From contig JAKIWG010000005.1 in NCBI GenBank assembly GCA_022750155.1, positions 34,465-98,464 on the forward strand: 64,000 nucleotides of DNA, given 5' to 3'. Source of the DNA: Thermoplasmata archaeon. Its GTDB lineage: Archaea; Thermoplasmatota; Thermoplasmata; Lutacidiplasmatales; UBA184. Position numbers and translations under genes: made by a program. This document shows, in pieces, positions 1 to 8,992 of the stretch. Below the pieces are notes generated by a model. The model did no database searches and was not told the origin of the DNA. It was given only the letters and a program-made list of their open reading frames with translations. How positions within the stretch are numbered: the stretch's first letter is position 1; each line of letters begins with the position of its first letter.

Positions 1-38
1 GTGCGTCTCCCCCCTCCGGTCGCCCCGAACGCGAGGGC

Positions 39-1583
39 TCAGTCGATCGCCTCGCCAGCGCCGGGGGCGGAGAAGTTGAGGAAGGAGGCCGGGGGGACGT
101 ACGGCCCGGTGGGCGGCGGAGGGGGCGCCCCCGGCGCCTGCAGCGCCATCGGGTAGGTCCAGTTGGCCGGATTGGTCGAGAAGAAGATCGGCGCCCTCGG
201 GGGTTGATGGAAGTTGAAGTAATCGAAGGGGATCGGGGCGTTGCAGTCCATCGGTGCCAAGCATCCCAGGTGGAATCGCCACTCCATCAGGCGGAGCAAG
301 GACTCGAAGTATCCGAACGTGTGGCTGACGTAGTTCACCTTGGTGTACGGGCTGATCACGAGCACCGGCACGCGGAACCCGGTGAGGTTGAGCGTCTGGG
401 TCCCGGCAATGTGCACGGGGGTGACGTGGTCGTAGAAGCCGCCGAAATCGTCCCAGGTGATGTACAGGACCGTGCTGTTCCAGTCCGGGGAGGACTCGAC
501 GGCGTTGACTACGCTCGCGACGTACGACTCGGCGAGGGTCACGTTCTGGGGGGGGTGGTCCGACTCGGCGAACGTCGGCATGAGCCACGAGAGCGAGGGG
601 AGCGTGCCGTTCGCGGCGTCGCCGTAGAACTGCGTGTTGTTGACAAAATGCGGGTTGAACGAGGCGTTGTAGCTCTCCGCCTTCGCGGCCTGCGCATTGA
701 ACAGTCCGTACGCCTCGCCCAATTTCGTCGGCACGTCCTGGATCGCGGTGGAGTAGTTGACGAGCGAATGGTCGTAGTAGCTCCACGATACGGAGGAGTT
801 GAGTAGGAGGTCCTCGGCGCTTCGGGTATGGTTGGCCTGCCCGAGGTACTTCGAGTCGTTGCCATGCCGGACCGGTAGGATCGTGGAGCCGAAGATGTGG
901 CTGATCGACTCGTTGGGCGCGGTGCCCGCCACCAGATGCCAGTGGTTCGGCAGCGAATAGGCGAGGGTGGAGGAGAAGAACTGATCCCCGAGGCCGTACT
1001 GCTCGGCGAGGTCCCAGTAGAGCGGGATCGTCGACCCGTTGTAGTAGCCGAACGGGTCGAGGCCGGACCCCTCGCCCAGGTACCACCCGTCCATCGAGCC
1101 GTTCGCGTAGGCGGCGTTTCCCGCGGGGAACCCATGGGGAAGGCGCGAGGTCAGGCTCCAGTTCACCGGGGTGAAGGGGAACGGCTTGGCGCATCCGGCC
1201 TTGGTGTTGTTCGGGTCGAGGGGGACGCACAGGTTCGCGGGCTCGCCGTCGGCGACGTTCCTGCAGTACGTTCCCTTTACGGGACAGTACGTTCCGAAGT
1301 AATTGTCGTAGGCGTGGTTTTCCATCATCAGGACGACGATGTGTTTGATGTGGGTCCGGAATTCGTAGGGGAGAGTGAGTCGATCGATGGAAAGCCCGCT
1401 CGAATCGGGGGGAACGACGACCAGGTCCTGCGCGGGTAGTGCGAAGAGGGCCACCACGAGGACGCTGCCGAGAAGCACCAGTCGAGGCCGGGTTCGGCGG
1501 AACAGACGGAGCCTCATCGACGGGCCCCGACGGAACGGGACGGCGAGCACGGACCGGTCGGTCCGACCGTTCCCGCCTCCCAT
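39..1583 (-). CDS. Phosphoesterase-family protein (phospholipase C / AcpA-type acid phosphatase fold), N-terminally anchored or secreted
   Basis: 514-aa ORF. It has the N-terminal 'IKHIVVLMMENHAYDNYFG' motif and the 'ITWDDFGGFYDH' motif typical of PF04185-type phosphoesterases. A hydrophobic 'LVLLGSVLVVALFALPA' follows an Arg-rich n-region, and there are many N-x-S/T sequons. The start is uncertain: ATG 1583, or ATG 1517 ('MRLRLF'). Confidence 0.8.
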   Translation of the reverse strand: MGGGNGRTDRSVLAVPFRRGPSMRLRLFRRTRPRLVLLGSVLVVALFALPAQDLVVVPPDSSGLSIDRLTLPYEFRTHIKHIVVLMMENHAYDNYFGTYCPVKGTYCRNVADGEPANLCVPLDPNNTKAGCAKPFPFTPVNWSLTSRLPHGFPAGNAAYANGSMDGWYLGEGSGLDPFGYYNGSTIPLYWDLAEQYGLGDQFFSSTLAYSLPNHWHLVAGTAPNESISHIFGSTILPVRHGNDSKYLGQANHTRSAEDLLLNSSVSWSYYDHSLVNYSTAIQDVPTKLGEAYGLFNAQAAKAESYNASFNPHFVNNTQFYGDAANGTLPSLSWLMPTFAESDHPPQNVTLAESYVASVVNAVESSPDWNSTVLYITWDDFGGFYDHVTPVHIAGTQTLNLTGFRVPVLVISPYTKVNYVSHTFGYFESLLRLMEWRFHLGCLAPMDCNAPIPFDYFNFHQPPRAPIFFSTNPANWTYPMALQAPGAPPPPPTGPYVPPASFLNFSAPGAGEAID

Positions 1584-1860
1584 GGCATGCTGCCGCCGAC
1601 CCCCCTACGCATTTCTCTCAGTCCCGAACCGGTTTCCGAGGGAGGTAGCCCACATTAAGTCTCCCTACGAATCGCGCTTCTTCTCGCCCGGCGCGAACCT
1701 CCTGTCCGGGGTGGCCCACGACCCCTCTCGGCCTCTGCCCCCCCCAGGTCCGGTCGGGAGACTCCGGGCCCGCGCGAGACCGATAGCGAATCGCTTATCG
1801 GGACTCCCGGGTGACTCCCGAGCGTCGCCCCGAGGCCGGGCCGCGGGATCCGACGACGTC

Positions 1861-3342
1861 ATGAGAGGAACGGAACCGAGCGGGGCCGGGTCCGGCACGT
1901 CCGCGCCCAACCTCGTGGTCGTGGTCCTCGACTGTGCCCGCGCGTCGAATTTCACGACCGAAGGGCGGCCGCGCCGCGCCCGGACGCCGGCCCTCGACCG
2001 CCTGGCAGCCCACGGGACGACGTTCGAGCGGGCGGTCGCCCCGAGCAACTGGACCCTCCCCTCCCACATGTCGCTCATGACCGGTACGTATCCCAGCGTG
2101 CACCGGCTGAGGACCTTCCGAAAGGACCTCGTGCTGCCCGAGACGGTCCAGAGTTGGCTCGGGCGTCGGGGATACGACACCGCGCTGTTCACGGAGACCC
2201 TGCACCTCGTCGGCGGTTGGGGCCTCGAAACCGGGTTCGGCCAGCGGTTCTCCCGCACGACCACCGAGCACGGGGAGGACCGGACGCTCGCGAACGAGAT
2301 CGCCGGGCACACCCGGTTCCTCTACTCGGGAGGGATGCGACGCCTGGTCGACCGTATCCCTGCGACGGTACTCCCGGTGAACTTTCTCAATTACCCGCAG
2401 GAGACCGCGTACAAGGCGAGGGTCTGCGGCGACTATCTTCTCCGCGATTTCTCGGGCTGGCTGGGTGCTCGCTCGACCGAGCGGCCGTTCCACGTCATGT
2501 TCAACTTCGCGGACGCACACGAACCGTACCCCGGGGGGATCCCCGAAGGGCGCCTCACGTGGCTCGAGAAGGGGTTCGCTCGTACGCCGAGGTTCTATCT
2601 GCTCGCTGTCGATTCACTCCAGCGCCTGGTGCCCTGGGAGGCGGTGGCCGAGGGGTACGTCCGGGCCCTCGAGCGGGGAGACGAGAAGCTCGGGGAGATC
2701 GTTCGGATCCTCGAGGAGCGCGGCGTGGAGGAGGAAACGATGGTCGTGGTCACCTCCGACCACGGCCAGGCGTTCGGGGAGGGGGGGATCGTCTACCACG
2801 GGTGCGGCGGGACGGACTCCGTCACCCGAGTCCCCCTCGTCGTCTCGCCGCCCCGGTCGATGAGCTTGCCCCGCACCGTTTCGACCTGGGTCTCCCTGTG
2901 CGACGTGCCCTCCTGGTTCAAGGCCGCCGCGCTCGGCCAACCCGCGTTCGACGCGGACGGCTCGATCACCGTCCCGTTCCCGGTGTCGCCGCCGGGTCAC
3001 CGCATCGTCTACTGTGAGGCGGGCCCCGCGTCCGACCCGAACCACTCGCTCGTCGGGGTGGGGATGGACCGCGCGTGGAACCACCGACAGATCGTCGCCT
3101 ACGCCGGGTCGACCAAGATGCAGCTCGACCTCGCCACCGGGAAGATCTCACGCTGGAGTTTCCCGGGGGACCCCGACCGGACCCCGGGAGAATCGGTCGA
3201 GGGCGAGGAAGCGCTTCGGATGCGCCGGGAGTTCTTCTTCGGGTACAGCGGTTCGGACCCACTGACCCCCGGAGCAGGATTCGAGGAGTATCCGCGCGAA
3301 GAGCTGGGGGATGAACAGATGCGCTCGTGGGGATACGACTGA
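1861..3342 (+). CDS. Sulfatase-fold (alkaline phosphatase superfamily) enzyme, paralog S1, cytoplasmic; Thr in the nucleophile position
   Basis: ATG at 1861 inside ORF 1375..3342. Motifs are 'NLVVVVLDCARASNF' (metal-site Asp), 'APSNWTLPSHMSLMTGTYP' (aligns to the sulfatase C/S-x-P-x-R-x4-TG signature) and 'VVVTSDHGQAFGE'. There is no signal peptide or TM. It ends '...MRSWGYD'. The upstream ~160 codons of the ORF are R/P/G-rich and overlap the antisense end of 39..1583, so I excluded them. Confidence 0.8.
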   Translation: MRGTEPSGAGSGTSAPNLVVVVLDCARASNFTTEGRPRRARTPALDRLAAHGTTFERAVAPSNWTLPSHMSLMTGTYPSVHRLRTFRKDLVLPETVQSWLGRRGYDTALFTETLHLVGGWGLETGFGQRFSRTTTEHGEDRTLANEIAGHTRFLYSGGMRRLVDRIPATVLPVNFLNYPQETAYKARVCGDYLLRDFSGWLGARSTERPFHVMFNFADAHEPYPGGIPEGRLTWLEKGFARTPRFYLLAVDSLQRLVPWEAVAEGYVRALERGDEKLGEIVRILEERGVEEETMVVVTSDHGQAFGEGGIVYHGCGGTDSVTRVPLVVSPPRSMSLPRTVSTWVSLCDVPSWFKAAALGQPAFDADGSITVPFPVSPPGHRIVYCEAGPASDPNHSLVGVGMDRAWNHRQIVAYAGSTKMQLDLATGKISRWSFPGDPDRTPGESVEGEEALRMRREFFFGYSGSDPLTPGAGFEEYPREELGDEQMRSWGYD

Positions 3343-3394
3343 ATCGTCCCCTCTTGGGGACCGCCGACGTTGCTAGCGTGTCCAGAGTGATGGA

Positions 3395-4816
3395 TCAGCT
3401 GCTCGTTCGAGCGACGGGTCGTATTCCGGGCATGACCCGACCCTGGATGTGTCCGGGGATCGGCTCTCCCAACAGTTCGAGCAGGGTGGGGGTCACATCG
3501 ACGATGGGCTGGGCCGCGATCTCGCGCCCGTCCTTCACCTTCGGGTCGTAGACGAGGAAGATCCCCTCGAAACTGTGGACGGCGTCGTCCGGCCCCGTGT
3601 CGTTCTCCCTCAGGTAGAGGGTCGGGTGGCCTAGCGACCCCGCGGAGCGCCATCGCAGGTGCCCGAAGTAGGCCATCAGGTCGGGGGGGTCGCCCCGGAC
3701 CTGCTGATAGACCTGATGGGGGTCGAGGACCTCGACCGATAGCGGCTGTCCATCCCGGCCGGGAATCGCCGCGAGGTCTCGAAGCAGCCGAGCGCGTACC
3801 TCCGGGACCTGGGCCGGTTCGAGGGAGCCCTCCGGCTCGCGTCCACGGATATTGAAGAAGAGCCGCGCGTAATAGCCGCCGGCACCCCAGACCGAGGTCC
3901 GGCTCCAGTCGACGGGTGCCTTTTCGAGCGGGGTCCCCGCGGGGACAGGGTGTCGGATCGAGAGATACCCCTTCTCGACGAGCCACTGGTTGATGCAAAA
4001 GCACCCGGACATCGGCATGCTCCCGTGGTCCGACCCCACGAAGACGATCGTGTCGTCGTCGATCAGGGAAAGCAGCCGGCCGATCGACTGGTCGACGATC
4101 CGATAGTAATCCTCGACCACGTGCTCGAACGGATTCCCGTGCTGGTAATCCTGGTGCGTCGGGTCGAAGTACTTGGTGAAGGCGTGGTGAAGACGGTCCG
4201 TGCCGACCTCGTGGATCGCGAAGACATCCCACCGTTCCCGTGTGTAGAGCTCCTCGGCGATGGCGAAGTGCTGCTGGGTCATCGCCACGATGTCGCGGTA
4301 TAGCTGGTGGCGCTCGGTGGCGCGGAAGGTCACGTCGAACCGGTAGGGCCCATACCGGGCCTCCAGCTCCTTGGCGAGTGCCGGGGGGTAGGTCGTCTCG
4401 GGGGCGCCTCCGGGCGTCAAGAAATCCGAGATGTAGTATCCGTTCACCGGGGGGGGAGGATACCCTGGGGGCATTCCGACGACGCAGACCCTGCGACCCC
4501 GGTCCGAGAGGATCTTCCAGAGCGACGGGACGGGAAGGAGGGTGGAGGAGGGGGCGTAGTTCTGGTTGTACGAGTGGTGGAGCCGGTGTCGAAAGCCGTA
4601 GAATCCGAGAGTGCCGGGGTCGACCCCGGTGAACATCACGGCCCACGCCGGGATCGAGATCGGGGGGTCCGTCGTCCGGAGCACCCCGCGGACCCCTCCC
4701 TCCACCAGCCTTCGCATGTTCGGCATTTCCGGCAGGCAGCGCCCGAACAGGAACTCGGGGGGGGCTGAATCGAGACCGATCGCGAGGAGCCGACGATGAC
4801 CGGACCCGGTGGACAC
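3395..4816 (-). CDS. Type I phosphodiesterase / nucleotide pyrophosphatase-like protein (alkaline phosphatase superfamily), paralog 1
   Basis: 473 aa with a GTG start. The motifs 'LLAIGLDSAPPEFLF', 'DPPISIPAWAVMFTG', 'FVGSDHGS' and 'VDVTPTLLELLG' match a PF01663-like layout. There is no signal peptide. It aligns end to end with 4971..6368. Confidence 0.8.
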   Translation of the reverse strand: MSTGSGHRRLLAIGLDSAPPEFLFGRCLPEMPNMRRLVEGGVRGVLRTTDPPISIPAWAVMFTGVDPGTLGFYGFRHRLHHSYNQNYAPSSTLLPVPSLWKILSDRGRRVCVVGMPPGYPPPPVNGYYISDFLTPGGAPETTYPPALAKELEARYGPYRFDVTFRATERHQLYRDIVAMTQQHFAIAEELYTRERWDVFAIHEVGTDRLHHAFTKYFDPTHQDYQHGNPFEHVVEDYYRIVDQSIGRLLSLIDDDTIVFVGSDHGSMPMSGCFCINQWLVEKGYLSIRHPVPAGTPLEKAPVDWSRTSVWGAGGYYARLFFNIRGREPEGSLEPAQVPEVRARLLRDLAAIPGRDGQPLSVEVLDPHQVYQQVRGDPPDLMAYFGHLRWRSAGSLGHPTLYLRENDTGPDDAVHSFEGIFLVYDPKVKDGREIAAQPIVDVTPTLLELLGEPIPGHIQGRVMPGIRPVARTSS

Positions 4817-4840
4817 GAACGCCCGGTACTCGAGCCGGGC

Positions 4841-4846
4841 TATATC
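4841..4846 (-). promoter_or_regulatory. TATA-like box for 3395..4816 (leaderless-type spacing)
   Basis: 'GATATA' on the minus strand lies in an otherwise GC-rich spacer. It is centred about 27 nt upstream of the GTG at 4816. Confidence 0.4.
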
Positions 4847-4940
4847 GCATGGGGGAGCGGCGCACTCGCCTCGGCCTGGTGCTCCGTCCGTCCACCCCAG
4901 GTCTCGACGGGCTCACGGGCGGTTCCACTCGGGGCAAGAG

Positions 4941-4946
4941 CTTTAG
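4941..4946 (+). promoter_or_regulatory. TATA-like box for 4971..6368 (leaderless-type spacing)
   Basis: 'CTTTAG' is centred about 27 nt upstream of the GTG at 4971. It is followed by a C8 run (4958-4965). Confidence 0.4.
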
Positions 4947-4970
4947 GCCGAGCCCGTCCCCCCCCGCTCC

Positions 4971-6368
4971 GTGCCCGCGAACTCCCGTCGCATCCTCGTC
5001 CTCGGCCTCGACTCCGTCCCGCCCGAACTGTTGTTCGAACGGTTCCTGCCGAAGATGCCGAACCTCCGGGCGCTCCTGGCGAGGTCGGCCCGCGGGACCC
5101 TGCGAAGTTGCGACCCTCCGATCACGGTCCCCGCCTGGGCCGTCATGTTCTCGGGAATGGACCCGGGTTCGCTCGGGATCTACGGGTTCCGTCACCGGCG
5201 GCCGAAGACGTACTGGGACACGTACTCCCCGAACCCCCAGATGGTCCCCTATCCGCTCGTGTGGGACCTGCTCTCGCGCGCGGGGAAGCGCGTGGCCATC
5301 ATCGGCATGCCCCCCGGATACCCCCCGCCCCGGGTGAACGGCGTCTACATCTCCGATTTCCTCACCCCCGACGGCGCGAAGGACTTCGTCCACCCGGCCT
5401 CGCTCGCCGAGGAGATCACCCAGGTCAGCGGCGGGTACGAGTTCGACGTGACGTTCCGCGCGGAGGACCGAGACCGGATCGGGGGCGAGCTCGTCGAGAT
5501 GACGCGCCGCCGCTGGAAGGTCGCGCGCCATCTGTGGAAGAAGGAGAAGTGGGACTTCTTCGCCCTCCACGAGATCGGGCCGGACCGGCTCCACCACACG
5601 TTCTGGAAGTTCTTCGACGAGAAGCATCCCCGCTACGAGAAACACCCGACGTTCACCCAGCTGGTGGAGGACTACTACGTCCTGCTCGACGAGGAGATCG
5701 GGTCGTTCCTTCGCGAGGTCCCCGAGGACGTCACGGTCATGGTGCTCTCCGACCACGGGAGCCAGGGAATGGACGGTTGCTTCTGCATCAACGAGTGGCT
5801 GATCCAGGCCGGCTATCTCAAGCTCAAGGGGCCCGCCCCTGCGCGCGGGACGGCGCTCGAGAAGCTGACCGTCGATTGGTCGAAGACCACGGCGTGGGGC
5901 GCGGGCGGCTACTACGCCCGGATCTTCTTCAACATCAAGGGGCGGGAGCCGCAGGGGATCCTACCACCGGAAAAGCTCGGCAAGACGATCGACCGGATGA
6001 CCGAGGAGCTCAACAAGGTGATGCGGCCGGACGGCAAGCCGCTGGCCCCGCAGGTGCTCTCCCCGTCGAAAATATACAAGGAGGTCCGCGGCGACGCGCC
6101 CGACCTCATGATCTACTTTGGCGACCTGAGGTGGCGTTCGGCCGGGACCCTCGGCTACTCGGGACTGTTCCTCGAGGAGAACGACACCGGTCCGGACGAT
6201 TCGGTGCACTCTTTCAACGGGGTGTTCGCCGTGGCCGACCCCTCCAAGCCCACCGAGCGGACGCTCCCGACGCAGAAGATCACCGACATCGCGCCGACGG
6301 TGCTGAAGATGATGGGTATGGAGATCCCTCCCCGGATGCAGGGTCGCGCCATCGACCTGCTCCTGTAG
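4971..6368 (+). CDS. Type I phosphodiesterase / nucleotide pyrophosphatase-like protein, paralog 2
   Basis: 465 aa with a GTG start. Motifs are 'ILVLGLDSVPPELLF', 'DPPITVPAWAVMFSG' (Thr in the nucleophile position), 'VLSDHGS' and 'TDIAPTVLKMMG'. It is divergent from paralog 1. Confidence 0.8.
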   Translation: MPANSRRILVLGLDSVPPELLFERFLPKMPNLRALLARSARGTLRSCDPPITVPAWAVMFSGMDPGSLGIYGFRHRRPKTYWDTYSPNPQMVPYPLVWDLLSRAGKRVAIIGMPPGYPPPRVNGVYISDFLTPDGAKDFVHPASLAEEITQVSGGYEFDVTFRAEDRDRIGGELVEMTRRRWKVARHLWKKEKWDFFALHEIGPDRLHHTFWKFFDEKHPRYEKHPTFTQLVEDYYVLLDEEIGSFLREVPEDVTVMVLSDHGSQGMDGCFCINEWLIQAGYLKLKGPAPARGTALEKLTVDWSKTTAWGAGGYYARIFFNIKGREPQGILPPEKLGKTIDRMTEELNKVMRPDGKPLAPQVLSPSKIYKEVRGDAPDLMIYFGDLRWRSAGTLGYSGLFLEENDTGPDDSVHSFNGVFAVADPSKPTERTLPTQKITDIAPTVLKMMGMEIPPRMQGRAIDLLL

Positions 6369-6419
6369 CGCCGGCTGGGCGCGGAGCCTGCCGGCTCCCG
6401 GTTCGCGCGCGTCCCGGCC

Positions 6420-8657
6420 CTAGAGATCGTCCTCGCCCGGTTCTTCGGGGGCCGTCGGGCCGCGACCGACGGGCTCGCGCGGGGAATTCCCACCGGGCCG
6501 GGGAGAACTCCGGCGCGGCAGGTACACGACCACCGTCGCCGCGATAAGCAGGGCGGCACCGACGATCGTCGCCTCGAAGAATGTCGAGGTGGAGAGCAGA
6601 GGAGGAGCCCCGGGGGTCGAGGCGTGCGCGGGGAGCGCGCCGAACAGGATCACCGCGACCCCGTACCCGCTCACGAGGAACGAGACGGTGCCCGCCGGGG
6701 CGATGTCGACCGTCAGCACGCTCGACCGCAGGAGACTCACCCTGCCGGTGGAGATGTTGGGCTGCTCGAGGTACGAATTTCGGTCGAGGATGCTGAGCTG
6801 GATGGGTACGGTCCCGATCCCGAGATCGTTCACCTGGAAGCGCACGGGGACGTCGGCGCGGTTGACCACGATTGCCGCGTCTCCGGTCCCATTGCGCACG
6901 GCAAGGGCCCGGGCGAGCCCCGGGTCGCTGACGGTGATCGGCAGGGGAGCGACCCCGACCGGCACGTTCTGACCCCACATCTCGAGACCCCACCAGGGTG
7001 CATATCGCGTGACGTTTCCCGTGGGTCCGATGCTGACGAGCCCGAACCCCCATCCGCCGAACGGGCCGGTCACCGACGTGGGGGTCGTCGCGGGCCCCTC
7101 GAATCCGAAATAGTCGAACCTCGAGAGGTTCGCCGCGCTGGCATCGATCAGCATCGAGACGGTCCACGCAGCACCGAACAGGCCCTGCTGGCGAGGGTCG
7201 GTGCCGTTCGAGCTCGTGGAAGGGCCCCCACCGGCGGTGTTCAGGTTGGACTCGGCGTCCAGCACCGGCACCCAGTTTCCCGTGAGGTTGTGCCACGCCC
7301 GTTGGCCGACGCCCAGCGCGATGTTCCGCAGGTGCCCGAACCCGGAGGAGGCGTTCCAGATCTGCGAGTCGGTGAGGTCCTCCCCGCCGACCCCGGGGGG
7401 GCAGACCGTCCCGTTGGCGATGCAGACCTTCTGCGCGGGATAGTAGTGGAACGCGAGGAACCCGACTCCCTTCGCCTGGGAGGCGAACGGGGCGAAGTCG
7501 CTCGGGTCGGTCATCACGTCCGACCCGACGCGCGCCGAAGGCAGCTGGGTGTGGATCGCCTGCGCCGCCGCGTTGAACAGCGCGATGTACGCGCTCAGCA
7601 GCGAGGCGTTCGTGAGGGGGACCTCGTTGCCGATGTTCCAGTAGGATACCGTCTCGTTCGCGTGGGCCACGTGGGCCGCGACGCCGCCCACGAGTGCGCT
7701 GTACGCGGCCGGGGTCGGGAAGGAACCGATCGCCCCGGAAGAGTTCACGAGGAGCGAGGGGTCGAGCGGGATCCCGGTCGGTAGCTGGTTGCCGTTGCCC
7801 CAGGTCCCGGCGGGCACGCTGAGGTAGGATTCGGCGCTCAAGTTTCGCGCGAACCCGAGGAACCAGTCCATCGCGGAAAAGTCGTAGGAGGCGCTCGACG
7901 AGGCATTGCTCCACCCGATGACCGTTCCCAACGAGACCAGACCGGCCCGGATCATCGTCGGACGAAGCCCCGCCGCGAGGGCCGTCGAGGTCGGCGACGC
8001 GATCCCTACCTTGGGAAGGAGCGCCGCCCCGTTCAGGGAGAGACCCGACCCCGTCGTGGCGCCGGCCCCGACGCCCCCGTGGGAGAATGAGACGTTCTCG
8101 GTCGGGTTGGTGGCCCCGTAGATGGTGAAGCTCGCATTCAGCCAGGGGGCGGCGCGGCTCAGCGTCCCGACCGATAGCGACGAGGTCCAGTTGACCGTGT
8201 CGTTGAGCGGCCCGGCCCCCACCCACCAGCCCCAATCTGCGAGCGGTGGGAGCGCGTCCGCCCCGTCCGGAATCGCAGCAGGATTGGCCCATTCGAGCGA
8301 AGGGGTCGTCGTCAGGTCGACGGACTTCGCGGGAAGGGCGACCGAGGCCGTCAGCACGATCCGATATGACCGGACCCCTGCGACGCCGCTGAACGAATCG
8401 ATCGAGTCCGTCAGCACCGACCGCCCGCCCCCGCTAAGTGTGGTCGTCAGGCTCGCATCGTCCGCGAGCGTGGCGCCGGACTGGCCCGGAGCGAGACGAG
8501 GGGATTGGATTTCGTACGCACCTGCTCCGGAGACGGGGAGGCTTGAGTGCGCGGCGGACCGCTCCACCGGTAGGGGTGAGCCGAGCAGAAGGAGAGCGGC
8601 GACGCACACCGCCCACATGCCCGGCACGAGCGAGTGGAACGGGGCCAACGACCGCAT
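6420..8657 (-). CDS. Surface-anchored clan GH-A-like glycoside hydrolase (TIM-barrel), glycoprotein
   Basis: ATG 8657 ('MRSLAPFH...MWAVCVAALLLLGSP', signal-like) inside ORF 6420..8837. 'YWNIGNEVPL' is the Asn-Glu acid/base motif of clan GH-A. 'FLAFHYYP' is present, and 'VLDAESN' is a possible nucleophile strand. There are more than 15 sequons by eye. The C-terminal TM 'IVGAALLIAATVVVYL' is followed by a 'PRRSSPRP' tail. Confidence 0.6.
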   Translation of the reverse strand: MRSLAPFHSLVPGMWAVCVAALLLLGSPLPVERSAAHSSLPVSGAGAYEIQSPRLAPGQSGATLADDASLTTTLSGGGRSVLTDSIDSFSGVAGVRSYRIVLTASVALPAKSVDLTTTPSLEWANPAAIPDGADALPPLADWGWWVGAGPLNDTVNWTSSLSVGTLSRAAPWLNASFTIYGATNPTENVSFSHGGVGAGATTGSGLSLNGAALLPKVGIASPTSTALAAGLRPTMIRAGLVSLGTVIGWSNASSSASYDFSAMDWFLGFARNLSAESYLSVPAGTWGNGNQLPTGIPLDPSLLVNSSGAIGSFPTPAAYSALVGGVAAHVAHANETVSYWNIGNEVPLTNASLLSAYIALFNAAAQAIHTQLPSARVGSDVMTDPSDFAPFASQAKGVGFLAFHYYPAQKVCIANGTVCPPGVGGEDLTDSQIWNASSGFGHLRNIALGVGQRAWHNLTGNWVPVLDAESNLNTAGGGPSTSSNGTDPRQQGLFGAAWTVSMLIDASAANLSRFDYFGFEGPATTPTSVTGPFGGWGFGLVSIGPTGNVTRYAPWWGLEMWGQNVPVGVAPLPITVSDPGLARALAVRNGTGDAAIVVNRADVPVRFQVNDLGIGTVPIQLSILDRNSYLEQPNISTGRVSLLRSSVLTVDIAPAGTVSFLVSGYGVAVILFGALPAHASTPGAPPLLSTSTFFEATIVGAALLIAATVVVYLPRRSSPRPGGNSPREPVGRGPTAPEEPGEDDL

Positions 8658-8967
8658 GAGGTGGAAGAGGAGGGTGCGAGTACCTCCGACCGGGGTATAT
8701 GGGGGTGCTGGGCCATCGGCAGGTCGCTCGCGTCGACCTCCCGTCGACCGAACGACCCGGGCCGTCGGCGCCACTCCCCCTCGGCGTGTCCGACCTGCCG
8801 GCGGAGGGGAATGGTTATGCGGCTCGCCGCTAGCCACGCCGCTGCGCGTGTCCGCCTACGGAGGTCTCCGCTCGCCCGCCCCCGCCCCCCGGAATCGCCA
8901 TTCCCTCGGCCCTACGGTCGGGGGTGCACTCCGGTGACTCTCGAAGCCGTGGTGCCTAACCGTCGCA

Positions 8968-8974
8968 CTTTTAC
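8968..8974 (+). promoter_or_regulatory. TATA-like box for 8993..10528
   Basis: 'CTTTTAC' is centred about 22 nt upstream of ATG 8993 in a GC-rich spacer. Confidence 0.35.
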
Positions 8975-8992
8975 TTCGGCGGGGACAGGAGC

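Noticed and set aside
3099-5756. 885-aa ORF on the minus strand spanning both NPP-type genes and their promoter spacer
   Set aside because: Its composition is extremely R/P/G/D/E-rich and it has no recognisable motifs. It overlaps two well-supported, motif-bearing CDS in other frames or on the other strand. It is a typical stop-poor shadow frame of a very GC-rich genome.
4796-6547. 583-aa plus-strand ORF overlapping 4971..6368 in another frame
   Set aside because: It is an R/P/G-rich low-complexity translation. The frame starting at 4971 carries all the phosphodiesterase motifs.
6280-8292. 670-aa minus-strand ORF and the 6624..7784 plus-strand ORF overlapping the GH-like gene
   Set aside because: Both are Arg/Gly/Asp-rich shadow frames. 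The 6420..8657 frame has the signal peptide, the GH-A motif, the sequons and the TM anchor.
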